The notes under the pieces were generated by a model. That model was not told the DNA's origin. It did not search any database and saw only the letters and a list, made by a program, of their open reading frames with translations. This document shows positions 18,759 through 27,160 of a DNA stretch of 64,000 nt, one piece after another. The DNA comes from Candidatus Udaeobacter sp. (GTDB taxonomy: Bacteria > Verrucomicrobiota > Verrucomicrobiia > Chthoniobacterales > UBA10450), in the NCBI GenBank assembly GCA_035255865.1, contig DATEZD010000177.1:3299-67298 (forward strand). The letters are read 5' to 3'. Position 1 is the first letter of the stretch. Every line of letters begins with the position of its first letter. The position numbers were made by a program, and so were the translations under genes.

Positions 18759-19441
18759 TTTTTCGCGTATGGAATCGGATCTTTCATTCCTGCTTCGCGA
18801 AAACCTTTGAGCCGCAGGAAACACGAATCGCATTGGCCACAGGCGAGACCTTTAGGCGAGGGATCGTAACAGCTGTGCGTGAGCGAAAGATCGACACCGA
18901 CCTCGACTGCTTTGCGGATGATGTCGGCTTTCGAAAATTTGATTAGCGGCGTGTGAATTTGGAAGCGCCTGCCTTCAACTCCGGCTTTGGTTCCGAGGTT
19001 GGCTAGGTTCTCGAACGCTTCGATAAATTCCTGGCGGCAATCGGGGTAGCCGCTATAATCGATCGCGTTTACGCCAATGAAAATATCATTGGCCTGGATC
19101 ACCTCCGCCCAGGCAAGCGCGTGCGCGAGAAAGATGGTGTTGCGCGCTGGGACGTATGTGACTGGAATGCCGTGCGCCATTTCTTTTTCCGAGCGCTTTT
19201 TTGGGACATCGAGATCGTCGGTAAGCGCTGAGCCGCCAAAGACGCGCAGGTCGATCTTTGCGACGCGATGTTCTTTTGCGTCCAACGAGATGGCAACGCG
19301 GCGAGCAGCCTGCGTTTCGATCTGGTGCCGCTGACCGTAATCAAACGACAGCGCGTATGCTTCGTAGCCTTCCGCAATTGCGATCGCCAGCGTCGTGGTC
19401 GAGTCGATTCCACCGCTTAAAAGAACGACTGCGCGTTTCAT
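18755..19441 (-). CDS. queC: 7-cyano-7-deazaguanine synthase
   Basis: [16 protein letters not shown] (PP-loop) and a C-terminal Cys cluster [17 protein letters not shown]. Confidence 0.9.
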
Positions 19442-19553
19442 TCCTTGCCAGGCTGCGTCTCGGACTAGATTAACCACGAATGGACACTAATTGACACGAG
19501 TGTTTTCGGTCGCCGCGGCGACCTTTGGAGTGCGGCGGTGTTCCGCCGCTTTT

Positions 19554-19994
19554 TCATTTCTCGCCGCGGTTCGGCTTCTTGTTCGGGTAATCGGCGCGCA
19601 CAGTCAGCGCGATTCCGCCGCGCGCGGAGAATTGCGCGGTCACGATCGCTTCGCGCGGGCCGCACGCTTTGACGAAGTCGTCAAGAATCCGATTCGTGAC
19701 CGCTTCGTTAAACGCGCGCTCGTTTCGATACGAGGCCAAATAAAATTTCAGGGACTTGCTCTCGACGCAGAGACGGTCGGCCACGTAATCGATGTCGATT
19801 CGCGCAAAATCCGGCTGGCCTGTCACCGGACAGACGGAAGTGAAATCATCTGTTTCAAAGTGAATCCAATAATTCCGGCTCGGCGCTGGATTTGGAAAGG
19901 TCTCGAGGTGAGCCTCTGCGGGCGAAGCAGGCAATTTGGCGTCACTTCGTCCCAGCAAGGTCAAGCGTGACGTTTTCGATTTCGATCGTTTCAT
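19554..19994 (-). CDS. queF: NADPH-dependent 7-cyano-7-deazaguanine reductase
   Basis: FTSVCPVTGQPDFARIDIDYV carries the QueF catalytic Cys motif. FYLASYRNERAFNE resembles the QueF motif (E-x3-[LV]-K-x2-[LY]-x-S-[FW]). Start trimmed to MKRSKSK. Confidence 0.85.
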   Translation of the reverse strand: MKRSKSKTSRLTLLGRSDAKLPASPAEAHLETFPNPAPSRNYWIHFETDDFTSVCPVTGQPDFARIDIDYVADRLCVESKSLKFYLASYRNERAFNEAVTNRILDDFVKACGPREAIVTAQFSARGGIALTVRADYPNKKPNRGEK

Positions 19995-19997
19995 TCC

Positions 19998-20030
19998 TTG
20001 AACGTTCAACGTTCAACGCTCAACGTTCAA
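19998..20030. repeat. Tandem heptamer repeat (ttcaacg x4-5) in the queF / hypothetical-gene divergent region
   Basis: ttgaacgttcaacgttcaacgctcaacgttcaa, immediately upstream of the queF start (19994, minus strand). Confidence 0.7.
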
Positions 20031-20036
20031 TTTTCA

Positions 20037-20417
20037 ATGGCGGCATCGGATGATCCACGAACTTCCAACACCGGCAATCGCATCGATGTGATTGATGTGA
20101 TCGCATCCGACCCGAAGACCGGCGAGGTCGTTCTCGTGATGAATGAGCCTAACGAGTGGAACGGCTCCGATGAACAGTTGCTGGCATTGCAGGAGCGGTT
20201 CAACGCTTACGTTTCGTTTTTGCTCGACGGCGAAATGGCGTCCGATCACCCGGAGCTCGCCGGTAAACCGGCGCGGATTGAGCTTCGTTGCGTGCATGTG
20301 CCCGATACCCGCGCGCTCGAGTTGCTCGGGCTCATTCACGATCAGCTGGCGTTCCAGGGGATTAAGTTGGAAGTGGTCGTGAGGAATGAGCCGCCTTCGC
20401 GCGAGGCTACGGCGTGA
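20037..20417 (+). CDS. Hypothetical protein
   Basis: Start trimmed to MAASDD. I recognise no catalytic motif. Its stop overlaps the start of the downstream MFS gene. Confidence 0.45.
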   Translation: MAASDDPRTSNTGNRIDVIDVIASDPKTGEVVLVMNEPNEWNGSDEQLLALQERFNAYVSFLLDGEMASDHPELAGKPARIELRCVHVPDTRALELLGLIHDQLAFQGIKLEVVVRNEPPSREATA

Positions 20418-21715
20418 CAGGCGAACTACCAGAGATTGCCGCGGTAACCTTGCGCAAAGTCACGCTGCGGTTGATCCCATTTTTGTTCATTCTCTACATC
20501 GTAGCGTGGCTTGACAGGGTGAACGTCGGTTTTGCGGCACTGCAGATGAATTCCGATCTCGGATTTAGCTCGGCTGCGTTCGGCTTTGGCTCCGGTGTGT
20601 TCTTTCTCGGCTACTGCCTGTTCGAAGTACCGAGCAATCTGATTTTACATCGCGTAGGAGCACGTCGCTGGATCGCGCGGATCATGGTGAGTTGGGGCGC
20701 CATCTCAGTGGCCATGATGTTCGTTCGCACGACGCCGACCTTCTACATCCTGAGATTTCTGCTGGGAGCGGCCGAGGCCGGTTTCTTCCCGGGCGTAATT
20801 TATTATTTGAGCCAGTGGTACCCGGAGGCGCAGCGTGCTCGCGCGATTGCAGCGTTCATGACGGCCGTCCCGGTGAGTGGGGTTATTGGCGGTCCGCTAT
20901 CGGGTGGGTTGCTGGAACTCAACGGAGTGTGCGGGCTTACGGGATGGCAATGGCTCTTTTTGGTCGAGGGACTTCCCGCGATTTTGCTTGGCATCATCGT
21001 GGTGGTTTATCTCACCGATCAGCCTGAGGTAGCGCAATGGCTGGCTCCGGCAGAGCAGAACTGGCTGGTTAGCAAACTCGCGGACGAACGAGCCGCCCGT
21101 AACGAGGCGCATTCAATTGGAATCTTGGCGGCGTTGACGAGCCCGACGATCTGGCAACTTGGGATCATCTTTCTTTTGGCAGCGGTTGGTTTCTACAGCT
21201 ATTCGTTTTGGGCGCCGCTGATCATCAAATCGCTAACGGGGAGCAGCGATCTGGGCGTAGGCGTGATCCTGGGTGCGATTAGCGCAGTGACGATCACTTT
21301 TATGGTGTTGAACAGCGCGCATTCCGATCAGACCGATGAGCGTCCCGTGCATGTGGCGGTTCCGTTGTTAGTCATGGGCGCGGGTTTTCTTGGTTGCGCT
21401 TTTTTGCACCAACCCATCCTGGCCGTCTTGTCTTTAGCGCTGGTTCCGATTGGGCATTGCTCTGCGTACGGTCCGTTTTGGTCGCTTCCGGCGCGGTTCC
21501 TCACCGGAGCGCCCGCCGCGGCGGGCATTGCGTTGGTAGTGACGATCGCCAATGTAGGCGGCTTTGTCGGTCCCACGTTCATGGGCGCGATGAAGGATCG
21601 CTTTGGCACGCACAGTCCTGCGTTCATGCTGCTCGGCGCGTGCGGCATCGTGGCTGCCCTGCTCGCTCTGCGGCTCCGCCAGGTGGCAGCTCTCCGCACG
21701 CCAGAGACGCGTTAA
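20414..21715 (+). CDS. MFS transporter, anion:cation symporter (ACS)-like
   Basis: 12-TM profile. The N-terminus LIPFLFILYIVAWLDRVNVGFAALQM...FFLGYCLFEVPSN is typical of tartrate/galactonate-type MFS permeases. Confidence 0.8.
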   Translation: MTGELPEIAAVTLRKVTLRLIPFLFILYIVAWLDRVNVGFAALQMNSDLGFSSAAFGFGSGVFFLGYCLFEVPSNLILHRVGARRWIARIMVSWGAISVAMMFVRTTPTFYILRFLLGAAEAGFFPGVIYYLSQWYPEAQRARAIAAFMTAVPVSGVIGGPLSGGLLELNGVCGLTGWQWLFLVEGLPAILLGIIVVVYLTDQPEVAQWLAPAEQNWLVSKLADERAARNEAHSIGILAALTSPTIWQLGIIFLLAAVGFYSYSFWAPLIIKSLTGSSDLGVGVILGAISAVTITFMVLNSAHSDQTDERPVHVAVPLLVMGAGFLGCAFLHQPILAVLSLALVPIGHCSAYGPFWSLPARFLTGAPAAAGIALVVTIANVGGFVGPTFMGAMKDRFGTHSPAFMLLGACGIVAALLALRLRQVAALRTPETR

Positions 21716-22347
21716 TGCGTGTTTAATCGCACAAAGAAATCCTCGAAGAGCGAGTCGTAAATGCGGCTGCGCTCGGGGTGATACTGCACCGCGCGAGCAA
21801 ACGGATATTTTTGCAGATGTATTTGCTCGACGATTCCATCGTGAGCTGACCAGGCTTCCACTTCCAAATCGTCTCCGAGCCGTTCGATTGCCTGGTGATG
21901 TGCGCTGTTCACTTTTGAAAAGCGGTGTGATGCGCCGCGCGAATGGCGCAGCGGTTGAATGTCGCGGTCGCGTTGGTCCGGCAAATTGTGGCCTTTGATG
22001 TCGAGCTTCAATGTGCCCCCAAGGGCGACATTGAATACTTGGAGCCCCTTGCAAATGGCGAAGATCGGCAGCCCGCGCGCGAGCGCTTCCCGGACGGCGG
22101 CAAATTCCCAGCGGTCGCGTTCCGGGTCGATCTGTTTGTCCAACAATGAAGGATCGAGAACTTTCTGGCGCAAAAATTCCGGTGAAATATCGGAACCGCC
22201 TGTGAGCAGGAGACCGTCCATTTGGTCCAGGCCAACATTTCGATTTCTCGCATTCCAAACTTTGATTTCGGGATGCTTACGGAAAATCGGGCGAAACCAT
22301 CTTGCATCCTTCGCTCGTATCCACGTGGCCAGATTTGGCATCGGCAA
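21712..22347 (-). CDS. Class-I glutamine amidotransferase, peptidase C26 / gamma-glutamyl-GABA hydrolase-like
   Basis: LLLTGGSDISP, then ICKGLQVFNVALGGTL (nucleophile Cys) and VQYHPE (catalytic His-x-Glu). Confidence 0.85.
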   Translation of the reverse strand: MPMPNLATWIRAKDARWFRPIFRKHPEIKVWNARNRNVGLDQMDGLLLTGGSDISPEFLRQKVLDPSLLDKQIDPERDRWEFAAVREALARGLPIFAICKGLQVFNVALGGTLKLDIKGHNLPDQRDRDIQPLRHSRGASHRFSKVNSAHHQAIERLGDDLEVEAWSAHDGIVEQIHLQKYPFARAVQYHPERSRIYDSLFEDFFVRLNTH

Positions 22348-22385
22348 ATTTGCGACTTCTCACTGGGTATGTAAAGAGCACTTCG

Positions 22386-23246
22386 ATGTCACCCGTCGAT
22401 CTTTCCACGACATTAAATGGAGAAGTGGAAAGATTGAGCGCCGAAAGCAAGGCGCGCGCGATCGCAGTAGCGGTGCACGATCTCGAGAGCGGCCTGCGAT
22501 TTTCGCTGCGTGGCGAACGGTGGTTTCATGCTGCGAGCACGATCAAAGTCGCGGTGCTCCTGGCGATTTTTCGCGCAGCAGACGAAGGGCGGCTTCATTT
22601 GGATGATTCGCTGCACGTGCGAAATCGTTTTATCAGCGCAGCAAACGGATCTCCTTTTCGCCTGAATTCCGATTCGGACGCGGTGCCTGAGTTGTACCAA
22701 ACCATTGGACGGACAGCGAAAATTCTTGCGTTGGCAGAAGGAATGATCGCGGCGAGCAGCAATCTTGCGACAAATTTGCTGCTCGATTTTGTGGGTGTGG
22801 AATACGCGCGGAAGGTCCTGCGGGATGCGCAAGTGGATGGGGTGGAATTGCGCCGAGCTGTCGAGGACCATGCGGCACATGAGAGAGGAATAAACAATGA
22901 AGTGACCGCCGATGGATTGGTGAGCTTGTTATCCGCCGTGCGCGGCGATTTTCTCAGCAACGAAAGCAAAGAACAAGCGATCCGCATTCTGCTGGAACAA
23001 CGATTTAATTCGATGCTTCCTGCCCGTCTTCCAGCCCATGCGACCGTGGCGCATAAGACCGGCGAGATCTCTACTGCATGCCATGACATGGGAATTGTGT
23101 ACTTGCCCGAACGCGAACCGTACCTGGCTGTCATCTTGACTGAATTTGATCCGGAACACGACGGCCGGCGGGAAATAGTCGCAGCGATTTCCGAAGCGAT
23201 TTATCGCTCTGTGATGGGAATCGAACCGAAATCAAATGAACGCTGA
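22386..23246 (+). CDS. Class-A beta-lactamase-related serine hydrolase
   Basis: ASTIKVAVLL (SxxK), SSNLATNLL (SxN) and AHKTGEIS (KTG). Start trimmed to MSPVDL. Confidence 0.7.
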   Translation: MSPVDLSTTLNGEVERLSAESKARAIAVAVHDLESGLRFSLRGERWFHAASTIKVAVLLAIFRAADEGRLHLDDSLHVRNRFISAANGSPFRLNSDSDAVPELYQTIGRTAKILALAEGMIAASSNLATNLLLDFVGVEYARKVLRDAQVDGVELRRAVEDHAAHERGINNEVTADGLVSLLSAVRGDFLSNESKEQAIRILLEQRFNSMLPARLPAHATVAHKTGEISTACHDMGIVYLPEREPYLAVILTEFDPEHDGRREIVAAISEAIYRSVMGIEPKSNER

Positions 23247-23832
23247 GGGATTGCGCGCCGTTGACGGTTTTGATTTGCCTCAAGATTACCGCGCGCTGCT
23301 GCGGCCAGGTGAGGCGGAGGCAGATTTCCAGGGGAAATTTCATAGACTCCCGCGCTTTTTCTATGAAATCCGCGGTTGGGAGGAGGCGCACGCTATTCGA
23401 CTGGCGCCTCACTTCACGCTCGCGGAATTGATGCCTGTTGATTGCCGTGAGGCGCGGCTGCTCCTGAGTCAGTTTCCGCATTATGTGCCGTGCGCAATCG
23501 TTTTGCTTGCGAGATTCCTGGAGGATTTTCGCCGCGAAGTCGATGCGCTGGTTTTCATCAGCGCGAACGGCGGCTACCGATCGCCCGCGCATCAGATCGG
23601 CGGGGCGAAAAGCATCCACGCCTGGGGAACAGCGGCGGACATATATCGAGTTGGCGACACTTTTCTCGATGACGCGAAGTCAATTGAGAAATACCGGGCT
23701 ATCGCGGCCTCACTCAGCCCGGCTGTGTTTGTGCAGCCATTTGGGCCAGAGCGAGGGCAAACCGACGACCACCTCCATATCGATTTAGGTTTTGTGAGCT
23801 TGACTCCGCGCGGATGCAGCGAGGCGCTTTGA
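23236..23832 (+). CDS. LAS-superfamily zinc peptidase (M15 D-Ala-D-Ala carboxypeptidase-like)
   Basis: HFTLAELM, ANGGYRSPAHQ, SIHAWGTAADI (H-x6-D) and DDHLHIDLG (HxH). It overlaps the upstream gene by 11 nt. Confidence 0.75.
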   Translation: MNAEGLRAVDGFDLPQDYRALLRPGEAEADFQGKFHRLPRFFYEIRGWEEAHAIRLAPHFTLAELMPVDCREARLLLSQFPHYVPCAIVLLARFLEDFRREVDALVFISANGGYRSPAHQIGGAKSIHAWGTAADIYRVGDTFLDDAKSIEKYRAIAASLSPAVFVQPFGPERGQTDDHLHIDLGFVSLTPRGCSEAL

Positions 23833-23847
23833 ACTCCTGTTACGCAT

Positions 23848-25107
23848 ATGAAGGATCTCGGAACAGAACGGGGCCGCTTTTATCGCGAACGCGTGATTGT
23901 CGCAACACCGCGGCGTGCCGTGATCGGGTTGGAAGCCGAGTTCAATCTTTTGGTCAATGGGCGCAGACGGCGTCCAGAGAAAGTGTTCGGCGATCCCAGC
24001 CGTCTGGTGCGCCGGCGAATGATTCCGCGAACCGGCAAATCGTTTCAATTACCGGCTGGCGGTGCGATTTACTTCGATACGGGAGTCATCGAGGTCGCGA
24101 CACCGATTGTTGAGCTTGAGCCCGGCTGCTGTTATCGCGCGACACGCTTACTTTGGGAGCAAATCCGGTATTTACGACTGGAACTCGATCACTGGGCCAA
24201 ACGAAACCGCTGCCAATGCCACCTGCAGGGTTTTAGCGCGCACTACAATTTTTCATTTCCGAACGCGCGGAAATCAAAACTGCGCAACGCAACCAAGCTT
24301 GCGTATTTGCTCGCGCACATCCTGCCAGTGCCCGTGATTTTACTGGCCGCGAACCGGCAGAGCAGCGCGGTCGGCGTTCGTCCACGCAGGACCCGAGTCG
24401 AAGTGACGGCTGACTTCACGCCGGACCCCGCGTTGATGCTGGCGACGTGCGCTTTCATCGCGGGTGCGGTACAAACAATTCTGCGCTGGGAAGATTTTGG
24501 CCTGCGGCAGTTGAGCCGACATGGAATTCCTCGTATCACGCCGTTTCGTTTGCGAAAACATTCATCGCGCCGAGGTTGGCGGGTCACGGCTGATTCGTTA
24601 GGCCAAAATCCATTCACATCCGACATCAATGCGCCGCTCTGGAAATTGCGCGACGATCGAACTCTGAGTTTGCGTGCAATCGCAGCAGAAACTTTGGCGC
24701 CATTTCAGCGGCGAATCCGGCGGATCAGCGACTCGAGCACACTGGAGCACGTCGTCGCGGTTTTCAATGGCGATGCACGTTCACTGTTGGATTTTTCGGG
24801 GCGGCTCCAAGCATATGATGACGTCGGGCGGAAGATTGATTGGGGACGGCGCCGGATGCGACGTTGGTCGCGCTCCAAATATGAAAAAATTATCCATCGC
24901 ATGATTGCACGCGAACCGGTGCGCGTTGGAGGAAAACGATATCGCGTGGATCGGATGAATGGCTGGTATCAGGTCGAATTTCGGGAAGTGGGAACCAAGC
25001 GGCGTCGGACATTTAATCTCGACGAGCTGGTGCAAATGTCGGCTACGAAAAACCTCTCTCCCTCCGCATTGCGCAAACGCAAGGCTGCTAGAAAGCCCCG
25101 CGTTTAA
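23848..25107 (+). CDS. Divergent carboxylate-amine ligase-fold protein resembling Pup ligase/deamidase (PafA/Dop) family, with a highly basic C-terminal tail
   Basis: - VIGLEAEFNLL compares with PafA GIETEF.
- AGGAIYFDTGVIEVATPI compares with NGARLYxDxxHPEYxTPE.
- GFSAHYNFSF compares with GxSxGxHENY.
- LLAANRQSSAVGV compares with LVTRQIxxGAG.
- The C-terminus is rich in R/K.

This is pattern matching from memory only. Confidence 0.45.
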   Translation: MKDLGTERGRFYRERVIVATPRRAVIGLEAEFNLLVNGRRRRPEKVFGDPSRLVRRRMIPRTGKSFQLPAGGAIYFDTGVIEVATPIVELEPGCCYRATRLLWEQIRYLRLELDHWAKRNRCQCHLQGFSAHYNFSFPNARKSKLRNATKLAYLLAHILPVPVILLAANRQSSAVGVRPRRTRVEVTADFTPDPALMLATCAFIAGAVQTILRWEDFGLRQLSRHGIPRITPFRLRKHSSRRGWRVTADSLGQNPFTSDINAPLWKLRDDRTLSLRAIAAETLAPFQRRIRRISDSSTLEHVVAVFNGDARSLLDFSGRLQAYDDVGRKIDWGRRRMRRWSRSKYEKIIHRMIAREPVRVGGKRYRVDRMNGWYQVEFREVGTKRRRTFNLDELVQMSATKNLSPSALRKRKAARKPRV

Positions 25108-25128
25108 GGGCTCGCAAGCCGCCGTTCA

Positions 25129-26010
25129 TTAAAGCCGCCTGCGGAGGAACCAGATGACGTAGATAAACGTGCCAATCACGGCGGGAATCATGAAATAGCT
25201 TGCCTCGGTTCCGAGTTCGCCGCCGGTTATCCAAGCGGGCCCCGGGAATGTGACGTCGAACAACCGACCCTGCGGTACTTGCCCACCGTTTGGCGTGCCG
25301 ATGACGAAAAGCTGGCCAAAATCAAAAGCGGCGTGCCAGCCGACTGCCCACCAAAGCGATCCTGTGCTACGAACGCTGATGCAGATAATGAGGCCGAGCA
25401 CAAAAATCATTCCGATATCGATTGCGTTTTCATGTGGTTTCACCAGATGGAGGCCGGCAAACAGCGCGGTGGTGATCAGCGCCGCGAGCCAGAAACCGGC
25501 GCCACGCCAGAGGGACTGCAACGCGTAACCGCGGAAAAAATATTCCTCAGTGACACCGACAAGTAACATCGCGACCAGCCACATGAGCGGCGACGAGATG
25601 AGATCAATTCCATGTAACGCGATCCCGTGAATGCGCATTCCGCCGGTGACGAGCATCCCCGCTGCGACAAAAGCGACTGCGGCGAGACCGGCGACTACAC
25701 CATTCCAAAATAGTCCGCCAAATGCTTCGTTAATGGGCAGGCCGTAACTGTCGATGCGACGGCGTTCGCAAAGCGCAAAGACGCCGGTCACCATCAGAAC
25801 CACAATCAAATCGAACCCGTCGCCAAGAACGATCGACGATGCGCTCAACGCGCTCCGATCGACATGCAATTTCGCCTCGAGGAACGCGATTGCCAGTTGT
25901 CCCAAGAATTGAGCTACAAGAACAATTGCCGCGACGAAAATGAGAAATCGCCAGCCGTGGCGTAGGCCATCCGGGCCGATGAAGATCGATTTAACTTTAC
26001 TCATTGGCAC
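25129..26010 (-). CDS. CPBP-family intramembrane glutamic endopeptidase
   Basis: Multi-TM protein with VGVTEEYFFRGYAL (EExxxR), FAGLH and WHAAFDF motifs. Confidence 0.75.
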   Translation of the reverse strand: MPMSKVKSIFIGPDGLRHGWRFLIFVAAIVLVAQFLGQLAIAFLEAKLHVDRSALSASSIVLGDGFDLIVVLMVTGVFALCERRRIDSYGLPINEAFGGLFWNGVVAGLAAVAFVAAGMLVTGGMRIHGIALHGIDLISSPLMWLVAMLLVGVTEEYFFRGYALQSLWRGAGFWLAALITTALFAGLHLVKPHENAIDIGMIFVLGLIICISVRSTGSLWWAVGWHAAFDFGQLFVIGTPNGGQVPQGRLFDVTFPGPAWITGGELGTEASYFMIPAVIGTFIYVIWFLRRRL

Positions 26011-27106
26011 GCGCGGAGGCTGTCGCGAACGGCAGGGCGAGCTGGACCAGGTTCACGAGCATGCGTCCGGGTTCCTCGGCATAAATCATGTGGGCAGAGT
26101 TCTCAAACCAAACCCATCGCTTGCTGGGCGCCTCCAACCGGTCGAACCAACGCCGCACTGGTTCAGACGGCGTAGTGTAGTCGTGACGACCGGCGAAGAT
26201 GAGCACAGGACAACCGAGGCGCGTCAGTTTTGTGAAATCGGTGGCCGCCATTTCTGGCAGAAGCTTGGGCAACGAGAACGCGCTGCCGGCATCGATTGCC
26301 TTGAAGTCGGTCTCCGAGTAATCCGGCGAAATTTTCTCGGCGTTTTCCCAAAAGTCGTAGCTCTGACGCCCGTAAGTCAGCCCGCCGTAATGTACCGACC
26401 ACTTTCGCTCTACGTTTATCTTTTCGAGTGGCAGCGCGCCATTTGGCTCCGGATAAGGTGCGATGGCTTCAAGTTCCTTTACCGCCTGAGCGTCCTCGGC
26501 CTTTCGCGCGGTGTTTAGCACCCAGTCGTAACAGATTCGCTCGGCCTCGCGCATGTTGATGATTTGTCCGACGCCAATGTAAGCGTAGAGCCAGTCGGGC
26601 CTGCGAACCGCCAGGTTGAGTCCGAGTGTCGTGCCCCATGAATGGCCAAGCGCGAAAATCTTTTTTTTGTCGTACGTTGTGCGCAAATAGGCGACGAGCT
26701 CTTCTGTGTCGTGCAACATGCGTTCTGCGTGCATCGTCGGCGCGACTTTTTCGGGGTCGTTCAACTCATAGGTCTTGCCGCTACCGCGCTGATCCCCCTC
26801 GACCACGGTGAAGTAGTCGGTCCAGGGTCCCTCGAAAAGATAACGATTGGGCAGATCGGGTGCGGCCGGGCCGCCGTGGAGCACAAGGAGAATTGGATTG
26901 CGTCGATCGCGGCCGCGCACGGTGATCCATTGGCGAATGCCGCCAATGTCCACGGCTTTCGCTTCGTCGATTCCGTTCGGGGAAACGACCTTGCCGACTT
27001 CAGCAAGGATTGTGTGAGGATTCGGCGGCGACTCCGCCTGTGGCGGTGTTGCGGCCACGGTCTCCAGCGCCAGCGTGCAAGTGAAAATCAGAATGAAAAA
27101 CTTCAC
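25997..27106 (-). CDS. Secreted alpha/beta hydrolase, S33 prolyl aminopeptidase-like
   Basis: Signal peptide, LLVLHGGPA (oxyanion region) and ALGHSWGT (GxSxG nucleophile elbow). Confidence 0.8.
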   Translation of the reverse strand: MKFFILIFTCTLALETVAATPPQAESPPNPHTILAEVGKVVSPNGIDEAKAVDIGGIRQWITVRGRDRRNPILLVLHGGPAAPDLPNRYLFEGPWTDYFTVVEGDQRGSGKTYELNDPEKVAPTMHAERMLHDTEELVAYLRTTYDKKKIFALGHSWGTTLGLNLAVRRPDWLYAYIGVGQIINMREAERICYDWVLNTARKAEDAQAVKELEAIAPYPEPNGALPLEKINVERKWSVHYGGLTYGRQSYDFWENAEKISPDYSETDFKAIDAGSAFSLPKLLPEMAATDFTKLTRLGCPVLIFAGRHDYTTPSEPVRRWFDRLEAPSKRWVWFENSAHMIYAEEPGRMLVNLVQLALPFATASARANE

Positions 27107-27160
27107 AGTTACGCTTGGCGTTGCCTCAGCGGAATTTGATCCGCCGTTTAACTGAAACGC

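Noticed and set aside
19531-19556. Rho-independent terminator gcggcggtgttccgccgcttttt
   Set aside because: The hairpin plus T-tract reads on the plus strand, where no upstream plus-strand gene ends. On the minus strand (queF to queC) there is no U-tract. It is more likely a REP-type repeat.
19442-20036. preQ1 riboswitch associated with queC/queF
   Set aside because: I could not recognise the compact preQ1-I/II aptamer features in the queF leader or in the queF-queC spacer. Those regions are occupied by simple heptamer repeats and a GC hairpin (gcggcgg-tgtt-ccgccgc) belonging to a repeat family. A covariance-model scan would be needed to exclude a riboswitch fully.
21434-22258. 274-aa minus-strand ORF overlapping the MFS 3' end and the amidotransferase gene
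   Set aside because: It is an alternative frame of the well-supported C26 amidotransferase gene and is antisense to the MFS gene. Its Arg/Pro-rich composition is typical of out-of-frame translation.
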